In this document: piece by piece, positions 44,950 to 56,005 of the stretch
Layout of the letters: each line of letters begins with the position of its first letter
How positions within the stretch are numbered: position 1 is the first letter of the stretch
IMG/VR virus record: IMGVR_UViG_3300030508_000023
Origin: an uncultured virus (IMG/VR IMGVR_UViG_3300030508_000023)
Lineage: Duplodnaviria; Heunggongvirae; Uroviricota; Caudoviricetes
Length of the DNA: 64,000 nucleotides
Strand: one strand, 5' to 3'
Notes under the pieces: model-generated
What the model was told of the DNA's origin: nothing
The model's input: only the letters and a program-made list of their open reading frames with translations
Databases searched by the model: none
Translations under genes and position numbers: made by a program

Positions 44950-47300
44950 TTTCAATGTGGACATCAAAGCTCTCGACATTGGCTCGCATCTCATCTGTAT
45001 TAGACTCGAACTCTGCGACCTTCTTCTTCATAGCTTCAATGATTGCTCTTTTGGAACATTTGTTAATTTGTCTGCTGCACCCGACGACCTCAAAGGCCAT
45101 CAGGCAAGCATGGTTGTATTTAGTCTTCATGTTGATTCTGGTTCGTTCCTTCTCTAGCCCCCTTGAACACCATTGCGTGTGCGTAGCAGTCATTCAGGGC
45201 AGAGGCAACGAACCGTCCATATTCTTCCTTTTCATCCCTTCCACCCACACCGGACTCAACAGAACAAACGTGGTATCCTTTCGAGTCCAGTATCGCCCCT
45301 TCCTCACTGGCATAGTATGAGAATGGTGGAGTATACTCCAATAACTTCTCTCCTACTGTTCTAAAGTTGTCCATGTTGTTCTGTTGGTTGAATGTCATGC
45401 ATTTCTGACGTGGTATGCACATTCTTGCGTACTCCAACGAGTAATCCAAGAAGTAGGCCAACCAGCAATGCGACAAAATATATTATCGGATAACGCCTTG
45501 TTATAGGCTGCTCTTGCTCTTGCTCTTGCTCTTGCTCTTGCTCTTGCTCTTGCTCTTGTGGTTTACAAGAGTTATCAATCATTTCTACCACTTCCACAAA
45601 CAATGAACGCTGGGGCAGAAACTTCTCAGAGTCTGGGACCTTAGAGTCTACTCTGATAGAATCCCCTTCTTCGCGGTGGAACACCATTGTTCCTGCAATG
45701 GCCTCAAACCCACCCTCTTTGTTGTTTGACATCCATTCATTGCTGATAGCGTCCAAATCTGCGCTTTTGTTCCAGGGATTCTCCATTGTAGAGTTGTTCC
45801 TGTTATTGTTATACCTTGCTATTAAGGCCTTTAGTGTAGGGCCAAGAATTTCTGCTGGTGACATATGTCATTCCTCCTTTGTTGTTATCCCAAGGATTGC
45901 CTCCAACTCAGCTTCGACATCCTCTCCAACATTGTTAGTTAGGAGATCAGTTGCTTCATCTGGTGTAGCATCCCTTAGGGCTTTTATGAACTCGTAGGCA
46001 TTCCTCAATACTACATCCTTTCCGCTTAACTTATTCTCAATCTCTGCATCAGTAGGTATATCCAACGCTTCTCGAATCCCCTGTGCTGTTAGTGGGCAAC
46101 CCAGTTCTTCTATGACCTCAATAGAATCCTGCAGCAATTTTCTGAGCTTTTGCAATTCCTCAACCGCTTTCTCTACGCAATCCTCAATTGAAGGGACTCC
46201 ATAGGAATCGCCCTCAATAAACTCTTTCCCTAGGATTGGCTCCAGTAGAGCTTTTACCTTGGTGTCTGTCTCTGCCCAATCTACATGAGCAGTGAACTCA
46301 TTGCCCTTTGCTATGGCAAGCTCTTCTTCCGCTTTGTTCTTTGCCTCAAGTGCCCTTTTAAAATCAAAATCTCTAAGCTCTAACTCTGACCTCAGTGTGA
46401 AATTGGCTTCGCGTGTCTCGCACAGCTCATGACGCTCATAAGTATCTTTCTTATCCTCTTCTGTGGGTTCACACCCCGGCCAGTACTCTATACCAACTGA
46501 ATCTTCTTCCCACAGTTGCGTTCCGCACTCCCACAGATGTGGATTAACAGGCTTAGCCCCGCAGAATTTGCAGTTACTCATCGGGCTCTCCATTCTCGTC
46601 AAGGAACCCTAGGGCTATACCCTCCTTGACCCAAGATTCCTTTCTCTGTTCGTACCTCTTGCGGGCCAAATAGGCCGCTTTAAGTTGTTCTCTTGTTATT
46701 TCCATGATTGTTGTTGGTTAGTTGTGAATACCTCGCGCTGCTATAAAAGCAGCAGCTAGGGTGTCTTGCTTGGTTAGTAGCATTGAGCACTTTTCAGCTG
46801 GTGGCATCTGCCTTGCATTGAGACATCTCAACTCACGTTGGACAGCCTTGTTGTAGCGTTCTGCCTTTGCAGCTGGTGTGTTGTGTGGGGAAAGAATGTT
46901 CTTAAGGATCTTCTTGCCCCTCTTTATCGCGAGTCGCTTTTCAGCCTCACGTTGTCGTCGTGACTTGCTCATCTTAGCGGCCTAGTAGATGTAGCACAAA
47001 CGCTACAGCATCTTTCCAGAAATTAGTGAACCTATCCACTATCATCTCTTCTGGGAGTATCTCTATGGGCTCAAAGTATTGAGCCTCTATCCCGCAATGT
47101 TCTCCATCCCATTTGCGCTGAAGTTCACAGAAAACAGTTCTAGGGAGCCCCATACTCTTTCGCTCTCCCACTATAGGATCAGGGTCTGCAAACCGCTCTT
47201 CACCCAAAGCCTTGGGGTTTGTGCACTTTGATAGGTCTGGGTTTTCATAATTAATCTTAGCCCACTTGCAGTCTTTGCAGAGTCTTATTGGTTCTTTCAT
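44942..47300 (-). CDS. run of small hypothetical genes (44942.., 45120.., 45361.., 45868.., 46718.., 46974..47300)
   Basis: Overlapping minus-strand ORFs; the last (MKEPIRLCKDCKW...C...C...CG) starts at the ATG abutting the IS left end. Confidence 0.55.
45511..45558. repeat. (CTCTTG)8 hexamer microsatellite encoding a QE repeat
   Basis: Perfect tandem repeat, in frame in ORF 45361..45864. Confidence 0.95.
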
Positions 47301-48557
47301 CAAAATTTGTGGGTGGAAACCTCGGCCTTTAGGCCGACTTTTCGGGTTGCTGTTTTAGTGGTTGACGTGTTCAAGGTTTTGAAATAACTTAGTTGAAGTG
47401 AAACTGACTATCCAGATTAAACTGCTGCCAACGCCAATTCAGGCGGATGCCCTGCGTGCCACGTTGGAAACAGTGAACAGCGCCGCCAATCGCCTTTCGC
47501 AACTGGCTTGGGACGCGAAGGAGTTTCGCAGATTCCCGCTCCACAAGACCTACTACCGTCAGATTCGAGACGAGTTCCCTTTGTCCGCCCAGATCGTCTG
47601 CCTGCTCAACGCCAAGGTCGTTGACGCCTACAAGCTGGACAAGAAGGTTCAGCGGGTCTTCCGTAAGCACGGCTGCATCGCCTACGATGCTCGTATCCTC
47701 GGCTTGAACCTCGCGGCGTCCACTATAAGCATCTGGACGCTTGGTGGGCGCGAGAAGATGCCCTTTGTGTGCGGCGAGAAGCAACGTGCTTTGCTTGCCT
47801 ATCCTCGCGGCGAGTCCGACCTGATTCTCCGCAAGGGAAAGTGGTTTCTGAACATCACTGTTGACGTGCCGGAGGACAAAGAGATTGAGGCCGTGGACGT
47901 TTTGGGGATCGACCTTGGTATCGCTGAAATAGCGGCGGATTCGGATGGAAACAAATATAGCGGCGCAAAACTGAACAAGGTTCGCCATCGCAACCGCGCA
48001 CTTCGCAAAAAGCTCCAGCGCATAGGAACGAAGTCGGCTCGCAGGCTCTTGAAGAAGCGCAGTCGCAAGGAGTCGCGTTTCGCAACCGACACCAATCACA
48101 CAATTTCGAGACGCATAGTCTCTCTCGCCAAACGCACAAATCGAATGGTCACCGTTGAAGAACTCACCGGCATCAGATCGAGGGTTAGGGCTAGGAAGCG
48201 CGAGAGGACAAAGCTGCACAGTTGGGCGTTCGCACAGTTGGGTTCCTTTTTGGAATACAAGTGCGCCCGCGCTGGCATTCCGCTGCTGCGGATTGACCCG
48301 CGATTTACCAGCCAAGCGTGCAGTCAGTGCGGTCACACGGAGAAGGCAAACAGGAAGTCGAGAGACAGCTTTGTTTGCAAGTCGTGCGGCCATACGTCCC
48401 ATGCGGATACGAACGGCGCGGCCAACATCAGACTGAAAGGTCTGGCGATGGCTGGCGCGGGTGCTTTCAACCACCCGAACGTAGCGACTATTTTTTGTGG
48501 CAACATCCATAATTAGGTCAGTTACAATCCGCATCCCTTTAGGGTGCGGTAGTTGAA
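47301..48557 (+). mobile_element. non-autonomous IS200/IS605-family (IS1341-type, tnpB-only) element
   Basis: Left end: TTCAT target, GAAA guide at +16..+19, hairpin TCGGCC-TTTA-GGCCGA. Right end: CAAT guide, hairpin CCGCATCCC...GGGTGCGG, ends TGAA. GC-rich relative to its flanks. Confidence 0.9.
47398..48516 (+). CDS. tnpB: TnpB RNA-guided endonuclease
   Basis: N-terminal IKLLPT..Q; RuvC-I GIDLG, RuvC-II VEEL, Zn finger CSQCG...CKSCG, RuvC-III HADTNGAANI. Confidence 0.96.
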   Translation: MKLTIQIKLLPTPIQADALRATLETVNSAANRLSQLAWDAKEFRRFPLHKTYYRQIRDEFPLSAQIVCLLNAKVVDAYKLDKKVQRVFRKHGCIAYDARILGLNLAASTISIWTLGGREKMPFVCGEKQRALLAYPRGESDLILRKGKWFLNITVDVPEDKEIEAVDVLGIDLGIAEIAADSDGNKYSGAKLNKVRHRNRALRKKLQRIGTKSARRLLKKRSRKESRFATDTNHTISRRIVSLAKRTNRMVTVEELTGIRSRVRARKRERTKLHSWAFAQLGSFLEYKCARAGIPLLRIDPRFTSQACSQCGHTEKANRKSRDSFVCKSCGHTSHADTNGAANIRLKGLAMAGAGAFNHPNVATIFCGNIHN

Positions 48558-48564
48558 GTGTTGT

Positions 48565-48858
48565 TTATAGGCTAAACGGAGTTAGCCGGCTTGTTGCTGG
48601 TGTTGGATTGCCCGGTGGACACACCTGTTTAATCAGGATGTTTGGAGGCGTTGGGGTTGGTAGTGGTGTCGGAGTTGGTATGGGCGTCGGAATTGGTGTA
48701 GGGATCTTCGGCTTAGGGGTGACCGTAGGCTTTGGTGTCGACTTCACCTTTGGTATTGGTGTCGGCGCAACCTTAACCTTCGGTACTGGAGTTGGTGTAG
48801 GCGTTGGCGTTGGGGTTGCTAGCCCAGTTGCCAACATCAGTATCAGTATGAATTTCAT
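48565..48858 (-). CDS. secreted Pro/Thr-repeat protein
   Basis: Signal peptide followed by (PT)n tracts. Confidence 0.7.
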   Translation of the reverse strand: MKFILILMLATGLATPTPTPTPTPVPKVKVAPTPIPKVKSTPKPTVTPKPKIPTPIPTPIPTPTPLPTPTPPNILIKQVCPPGNPTPATSRLTPFSL

Positions 48859-48859
48859 G

Positions 48860-50053
48860 CTACTTTATTGGTTCTATCTTGATCTGACCACTCAGTTGGA
48901 TCCCGTTGTCTAGCTCCACAAGTGGTCCCTCTTTAGTGTAGAAATTGTCAACATCCCACTCATATACTGATTCCCCCATTCCAAAAGTAACATGGTATTT
49001 GTACTTGTGTGGTGTTGGAGCAGGAGTCGAGTTTGTGACTGCTACTTGAGTTGCATTTATCCGATCCTCTTGGTAGTGGTTTATTCCCACAGCCATCAAG
49101 ACGATAGATATACTAACTATCATTAAGATTACTAGTCTAAGTTTCATTTAATTACTTGTTGTTAGTTGTGGTTTAGTTTTATCTGAATAGTTCTTCTGCT
49201 CCTTGTATGTTCGCAAAAGTACGTTTAGTCGGTATTCAATTTCTTGAACCAATGCTTCGATACCGCGTTCGGTGGTTCGCATTGTCCTCACATTCCAGTT
49301 GTCGTTTATCCCCTGCCGCTCGCACCAGATGCTATGACTGCCATCTTGGATTTCCTCAATGGCAGCTTTTGTTTGCTCTGGAGTAAGTCCTGCGTTGTGG
49401 TAGTCCTCAAGAGACAACCACACAATTGATGTACGAAAATAGCTTATTGGTTCCATGGTATTGTTAGTTGTCTATTCTCTCCCAGTTGCTGCAGTCAGCT
49501 ACATCAATCCTTAGATCGTAGCCGTATTCCCTAGAGAAGTTCTTAGTGAGCCATACATCACCCATGCTACTGCATCCAATGCAGCGGTATCTCTCTCCTT
49601 TGTACTCACAACTCAGGATACGGTCAGACAACCACTTGTTGTCTTTCTGGACCGCTGGCCTTCTGAAGTGCTCTAGCCACTCCTTAGCCAATCTCTCTGG
49701 TTCGTCCGTTGCAGGAGCATCGAGCCAGTCGTCTGCATGTGTCATTTCAGCCATATTAGTTGATTGTTGTCTCCCTCTAGAATAGAGGGAGGTGTTTAGT
49801 TATTGTATTATGTGGGTGTGACTCTTATCCCCCGTTTCTGCACGGGCTCCGCACACTCATCCTTTTTCTTTGCATGGATAACACCATGGTAGCACAGAGG
49901 ATTGGGACAATTTACCAGGAAGAGTGTTGAGAACCGTGCCCTCACTTCCCTCCTACACTCCCTCAGTGTACATTCAATTTCACAGCCACAGGCAACACAC
50001 TTGCCCTCCATAGGGGTGTGGCCTATCGGCAATCCTTGTTTGATAATCCTCAT
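48860..50053 (-). CDS. four small genes (48860..49147 membrane-anchored, 49148..49456, 49464..49754, 49808..50053 Zn ribbon)
   Basis: Contiguous ORFs; 49464..49754 has a phage-type S.MGDVWL...GY..R motif. Confidence 0.6.
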
Positions 50054-50605
50054 TCTTTCTTTGGGTGTCTCTTGTTGTACTCAGCCATATAAGCCTCTTG
50101 TTTGGCTATCCTGACACTGAGCTCTTTATTAGTTTCTTCGCGATTGCGATATACGGTTATCTTGTAACCAACTCCTGGTCTCTCCTCTGCATCAAAAAGA
50201 CTGTCTCCCACAAACTGCAGGATACTCAGAGATAGATAGGGACCATCCAGAATCACTACCTCTTCGGTTTGGACATTGATCTTCTCCCTATGTATCTTAA
50301 TTGGGTACATGTATGCTCCCATATTGCTCCTCATTTAATTTGGTTGGATGTCTCTTGTTGTACTCAGCCATGTAAGCCTCTTCTCCAGCGACTCTGGATT
50401 TTCTTTCTTCGTTGGTCTCCTTGCGGTGACGATATACGGTTATTTCATAACCCGTACCTACTTCAAAGACCTCTGCATCAAAGGGGTCATCACCTACAAA
50501 CTGTAGGCCCTCTAGAGTCAGAGTGCCTTCCAGCCTCACTACCTCGTCGAAGTAAACCGTCTGCTTCGCCTTGATTATTCTTATTGGGTACATGTATGCT
50601 CCCAT
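50050..50605 (-). CDS. tandem paralog pair (50050..50322 and 50297..50605), MGAYMYPI...EAYMAEYNKRHP
   Basis: Shared N- and C-terminal protein and DNA sequence. Confidence 0.8.
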
Positions 50606-50640
50606 ATCACTTCTCCTTGTTGATTGTTATTTGCATAGTA

Positions 50641-52599
50641 CTATGGTACAGTTTGATAGATGTCCGTAAGTAACTCAGCTGCCCTCTTCTCGATAAGCTC
50701 GAGCAGCCCTAGGGCACTCTCGTAGTATCCACTGTGTACAGCTGAATAGAACTTTCCTCCCAAATCAGCCAAGTCCTTATCCCGAGGCATGCCAGAAGTA
50801 TCTCGTGGGATCTGATCACATTGGTTGCCACAGGCACAAGTGACCCAATTTACAGCCATCTCTGACTTCTTATACCGATCCATGCGAGTTGGACTCTTTC
50901 TTACTGCAGCCTCCAACCATTCCTTCCAATTGAACTTGGACATTTGTTTGCTCTCTGCGTATGTTTTCCCCATATCACTCCTTTAGTTGTTACTCCAGCC
51001 TTAGAACCTTATCCGCTATCTTTCGGAATAAGCTCCTTTGATTCAGTATTACAGCAGATCGCTCTTCGATCATACAAAGTACTCTCTTGGCCCTTCCCCA
51101 TTTGCAGGTAAAGATGTGGCGTGCAAACTCTGAACCCAAATCCATCAGAAGCCAATCATCAGGCATACCCTTCTTGTCTCTTGGAATAGCTGCACATTGA
51201 TTACCACAAGCACAAGTAACCCAGCTCAAAGCCTTGTCGATTGCGAACTCATACTCGAACCTGTGAGAGTCCTGGGTGTACTTGCCAGCGACTGCCTTTG
51301 CCAAGAAGGATGTCCAATTGATTGTACCTTTCAGTTTCTTTTGTGAATAGGTAATCATTGAATTTCCAATTCGTACCCAATCTCTGCTAGAGACTCGGCA
51401 GCTTCTTTGATCCTTCTCTCAACCTCTTTACTGATGAGTTTGGCAGAACACTTCTCAATCTTGGATAGCGCGGATTTTGCCCCTTTCCACTGCCCATTTT
51501 TGATTGCCTGGTAGAATTTTGTTCCCAAATGACGCAGCTCTTCATCGAGTGGTCGTCCATCATACGAATCTCTTGGGATGATTGCACACTGATTTCCACA
51601 GGAACAGGTAACCCAGCTCTTAGCCCTCTCCGCTGCAATGTGGCACTCCCTATCCCAAGGACTATCAAAGTCCAGGTTAGTAGGAAATACCCTTTTATCC
51701 GCGATCACTTTATCCAGCCACTCGTTCCAATTAAATGGCTTGCAACCACAGGCCTCTGCATAGGTGATATCTTTCTTGTTCTTTGTTTTCTTCATGTTGT
51801 TTGAATGGTTAATCTTCTATTTGTAGTTCGTACCCAGCTAAGGCAAGAAGCCTTGCTGCTTCTTTCTTGTTGCTGTTGGTGGCCCTTTGAGTCAGCTCAG
51901 CAGAGCGTCTCTCAATAATGCCAAGGATCCTTTGTGCTGTTTTGTAATTGTAGCTTTGTACCGCCTCCGTAAAATCCAGGCCTAGAGCCAGAAGTGTCTC
52001 GTCCACTGGTGTTCCATCCCCATGCCTTGGAATGACTGCACACTGATTTCCACAAGCACAGGTTATCCAATTTGCGGACTTACTGGATAGTTCGTATTCT
52101 TGGGCCACCCTCACGGCTTCACCATCATGAGTTCCAATCAGGTAGTCCAGAACTGAATGCCAGTCGAATGACTCACACTGGCGAGTTTCTGAGTATGTCC
52201 TTACAAATATATGCTTATTCATAATCAGAGTACGTTGCTCAGGATTCTCCTGATTATCCCCTGTTCTTTGATTAGCTTTGCCGACCTCTCCTCAATCTCC
52301 ATTAGGATACATTTAGCGTTCTGCCACCTACCTTCGTTGATAGAATGACTGAAGCGAATCCCAAGAATAAGTAACTTTTTGTCCTCTGGTGCACCCTCAG
52401 TATTCCTCCTAGGGATTACTGAACATTGATTTCCACAAGCACAGGTTACCCAGCTAGAAGCTTGAGCACTTGCTATTCTATACAGTGGATGAAATGTTAT
52501 TTCGTCTGCGTATACAGGGATTTCTTCTTTTATTGCCCTATCGATGAACTCGTTCCAATCAAACTCAGGCAGTCCACATTTCTTTGTATATGTTCTCAT
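50641..52599 (-). CDS. five tandem paralogs of an uncharacterised W(V/I)TC(A/S)CGNQC family (50641..50973, 50990..51358, 51355..51795, 51809..52222, 52225..52599)
   Basis: All share TY...(F/I)(N/D)W...W(V/I)TCxCGNQC..IPR...G.P.D..L..LG..F...IE...A. Confidence 0.9.
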
Positions 52600-52622
52600 T
52601 GTTGTGTGTGTTGGTTTAATTG

Positions 52623-54308
52623 TTACTCTTTGTGCTTTTTGATCATTGCACTAACGATCACTAATATAGTGCCTATTACCCAAATGATAGACATGAACGC
52701 AATAAAGAAAATAGTCTGCGTAGGGAGGATAATCAGCTTCCCCAACAGAGTGTATTCGCGCCATTGTTCCTTGAGTATTTCAATAAAATCGATACCTACC
52801 TCAACAGTATCTCTATAGATTTTGTTAAATACCTCTTTCATTTAGTTGTTTTTTGTTTTGTTGTTTCCAAACTCGTACGTACATTTGGTAAACCCCCTCT
52901 CCATAAACAGGATATCTCTTCACTGCTCTATGGAGAGAGGGATATTGACTTACCCAATGGTTAAACATATCCCTCACTTGGTGGACTGTTGTTAGTAAGC
53001 ATCTTTCACCAATGCAGCCACTTCTTTGACGCTTACGGTTTTGTCTTTTAGTAGAATCGGAGTAGCTACCGACTCCATAAGATTCTTTTTGAACTCAGCT
53101 GCTGCCTCGTCAGTTGCTTCGCACAAGACCCCTACACAAAATTGAAGAAGCTTGTCGCTTACATCAGGAGGCAACACCATGCTGATAGATGTGGTCTTAT
53201 TATCAAATATCACTGTTGACTTGAACTTGCCTTTGTTGTCGCCCCAGAGCTCGCGCTTGACCTCTAGGGAATTTAGCAAAACCATCTTTGGATCATCCGG
53301 TGACATTTTTTCCTTTTTCTGTAGTTGGGACTGTCTCCCACACTGGGTCTCCTGAATAGAACCTTCCATTGGCCCTATATAGCTTTTTGTAATACGCTAT
53401 TTCCTGGCTGACGTTGCAGTCAGGACAATATCGATGGAAACAACTCACCCTGTTCTGCCCAGATATAATTCCTGGAGAATCCCCAGGTGCATACATCCAG
53501 CTGTGCTTATGCTTGAACAATCCCTTGCCATACCGCATAACTGCCGTCAAAAGACGAATGCATGCAAAGAGCAGGAATATTGAGCATATCACGCATGCCA
53601 CCATAAATGGATATATCATGCCTGGTTGCATCGTTGCTAGTATCATGGCAATAGCGTTTTGTTTTTCTCAGCCTCTCTCTTGCTCTTGAAGCGTTCGATG
53701 ATACTGTTCCCAAGCTCAAGTCCAAATGCCACTAGATGTCCTAGCACTGCCAGTAACGCCCCAAAAACTATAACTCCAACTACTATCATAAGTAATCCTA
53801 ACATATTTTTGTTTTCCTTTTTTGTTGTTTGTTTTTATTTAATCCCGATACCGACTTTTACTACCCCCCTCAAGGTGTGCAATAAATAAGATGATAGCTA
53901 CTACCAATAAGACGAATCCAGCTACACCACCCACAACCTGAGGTGATACCCCACCAGCCAATGCAGCAAGTCCTGAACAGACAAAACACAAAATAGACCC
54001 AAGGACTAATTTGTTTTGTTTGAGGTATTGAATTATATTGTTAGTTATTTCTTTCACGATTGTTTTTATTTTTGATATTAGCTCCAGTATTATTGTCGTT
54101 AATCATCAGAGTGTTTAATCATGTGCACTACAAACAACACAAAGGCTGCAATCAGTAGAAGCAACCCAGTTGTGGCACCGACAATCTGGTATGGGGGATC
54201 ACAACGCACCAATGTACTAATGTTTGCTAATACTAAACACACAAAACACCAAACTGCTTGGGGGTATTCTGCGGTTAGTTGTTTTATCTTACTAAATAGT
54301 TCTTTCAC
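52623..54308 (-). CDS. small genes, mostly membrane proteins (52623..52841, 52992..~53306, 53293..53646, ~53630..53805, 53839..54057, 54099..54308)
   Basis: Hydrophobic ORFs; 53839 and 54099 are paralogous two-TM proteins with matching GTGAAAGAA starts and leaders. Confidence 0.6.
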
Positions 54309-54673
54309 GATTGTTTTTGTTTTGATTCTGCCTCACACAGCTCACACGGTATCCCAGATTTGCTCCAGGAGTGTTTGCTGCAAGTGAAGTAGACTCCTTG
54401 TTGGAATTTTGATGACTCTGGCTTGTCTGGATAGATGAACCCTAACTCAGACAGGCCATACTCGATCATGTTAAGCGCCACATTCTTATTCTTAAGCTGC
54501 GACCTCTCTGACCAGCATGAGGCCATAAGGCCAGTTGGGATATGAGTAATAGTAACAGCAAGAGGGTGAGGCATCCCACAGGTCTGCCCACCAATGCGCT
54601 CTTCGCTTCTCACCACCTTAAGCTCCCCATGCTTGTGGGACTCGATCTTTAGATCTGAAGGATCAATGTTCAT
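54305..54673 (-). CDS. stand-alone class-1 release factor catalytic (GGQ) domain with a C-terminal Cys/His tail
   Basis: IDPSDLKIES...GGQ...AVTITHIPTGLMASCWSERSQLKNKNVAL matches RF1/RF2 domain 3; tail CSKH...CELC. Confidence 0.85.
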   Translation of the reverse strand: MNIDPSDLKIESHKHGELKVVRSEERIGGQTCGMPHPLAVTITHIPTGLMASCWSERSQLKNKNVALNMIEYGLSELGFIYPDKPESSKFQQGVYFTCSKHSWSKSGIPCELCEAESKQKQS

Positions 54674-55946
54674 ACCTAGACTTGAGTGTTTTGAGCAGAG
54701 ACAACTCTCTCTTCCTCTTTGCCTCTGCTCTCTTCTGGGCAGATACCTGACCAGCGTGCTTCGCTCGAGCCTCACTGTCGAGCCTATCCTTATACTCTTT
54801 GTCTGTCTCAATAGACTCGTATCGGACCTCATAGACCATATAACGATCTTCGTAATGGCTTTCCTCATAGTAATGAGTAAAAGTTACGGTTTCCTGCTCT
54901 TCTTCCGTAAGATGTCCTATGGCATCCCTGATCCTATTTTGGATACGCTCAGCAGTACCATCGAAAAAGTCGTCACCTTGGTCAGGCAACCGCCTGGTTA
55001 TGTATTTCTTTTTACCTCCCATTGTAGTCATTTACCTCCAGTTTGATTTCATTTTCAGTAGCCTTCTTGAGGACTTTCTGTTTCATCGGTCCGCCTCTGT
55101 CCCAATCTTTGTTGTCGTTTTTGCCAAAGTATCTGGCATAGCCATTGTTCTCTTCCATCCAAAGCTTTAGATAGTGAAGCTCACTCTCTGCGTCTCCATT
55201 TGGAATAAACTTTTCAGTGACATAAGCAGCCTTGTAGGCAAACTCCACCATGTAGTCGGGTACTTTGGGGTAGTATCTATACCTGACAACATTCTTGCTG
55301 CCATAGTTCCTATAGAGCTCTCTGACGTAAAACCACTTATTCCTAAAAAAAGGAGGGAAGTTCTCTTTGTCAAATTGCTCCTGACTTATACTCACGAGGC
55401 CTTGACCATCCTGAATATAAGTAAAAAAGCTATCTCTCCCGCTGCCAAATCCGACCTCCGTACGAGCTTTGTAGCTCTTAGGAGAATGCTTTTTACCTAA
55501 TACCCAGTGATCACATGCATCAACCACTTTCTGGACTTGCTCCCCAATGGAACTTCTCAGAACGTCATCCCTAACTTTGAAGTGACGCCAGTGACCTACA
55601 AAAATCTTGTTTTCAAGAGGTACGCTAATTCCTCTCATATCTCGATATAGCTCATTAATGCGCTCCGCGACTTTCCGAATATGCTTCAAAGAAATTTCCT
55701 TCTTCTGCTTCTTCATCTCTTTGTGTTGGTGTTGTTGCTAGCCGCCGCTTTGCGTTCAGCCTGCATCTTGTTAAAATCTCTCCTGGCAGCATTGAGTTCA
55801 TGCCTCTGGACAGACTCAGTGCGAATGCGATCAAACGTCTCGACTGGATACCATACATCAGCTCCATCTTTCCCGTATCGCTTCCAAAAGCGCTTCTTGC
55901 CATCTGGGGACAGATCCCCTCTCTTGTATCGTTTCTTTTCTTCCAT
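54663..55946 (-). CDS. three hypothetical genes (54663..55031, 55012..55716, 55713..55946)
   Basis: Overlapping minus-strand ORFs. Confidence 0.65.
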
Positions 55947-56005
55947 TGATAAGTATGTTGACCAATAAGGTCCATGGGAATTCCCATGGACCCATTGGAT
56001 GTTAA

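Noticed and set aside
47389..48534. 381-aa minus-strand ORF
   Set aside because: Antisense shadow of the GC-rich tnpB gene; no recognisable motifs.
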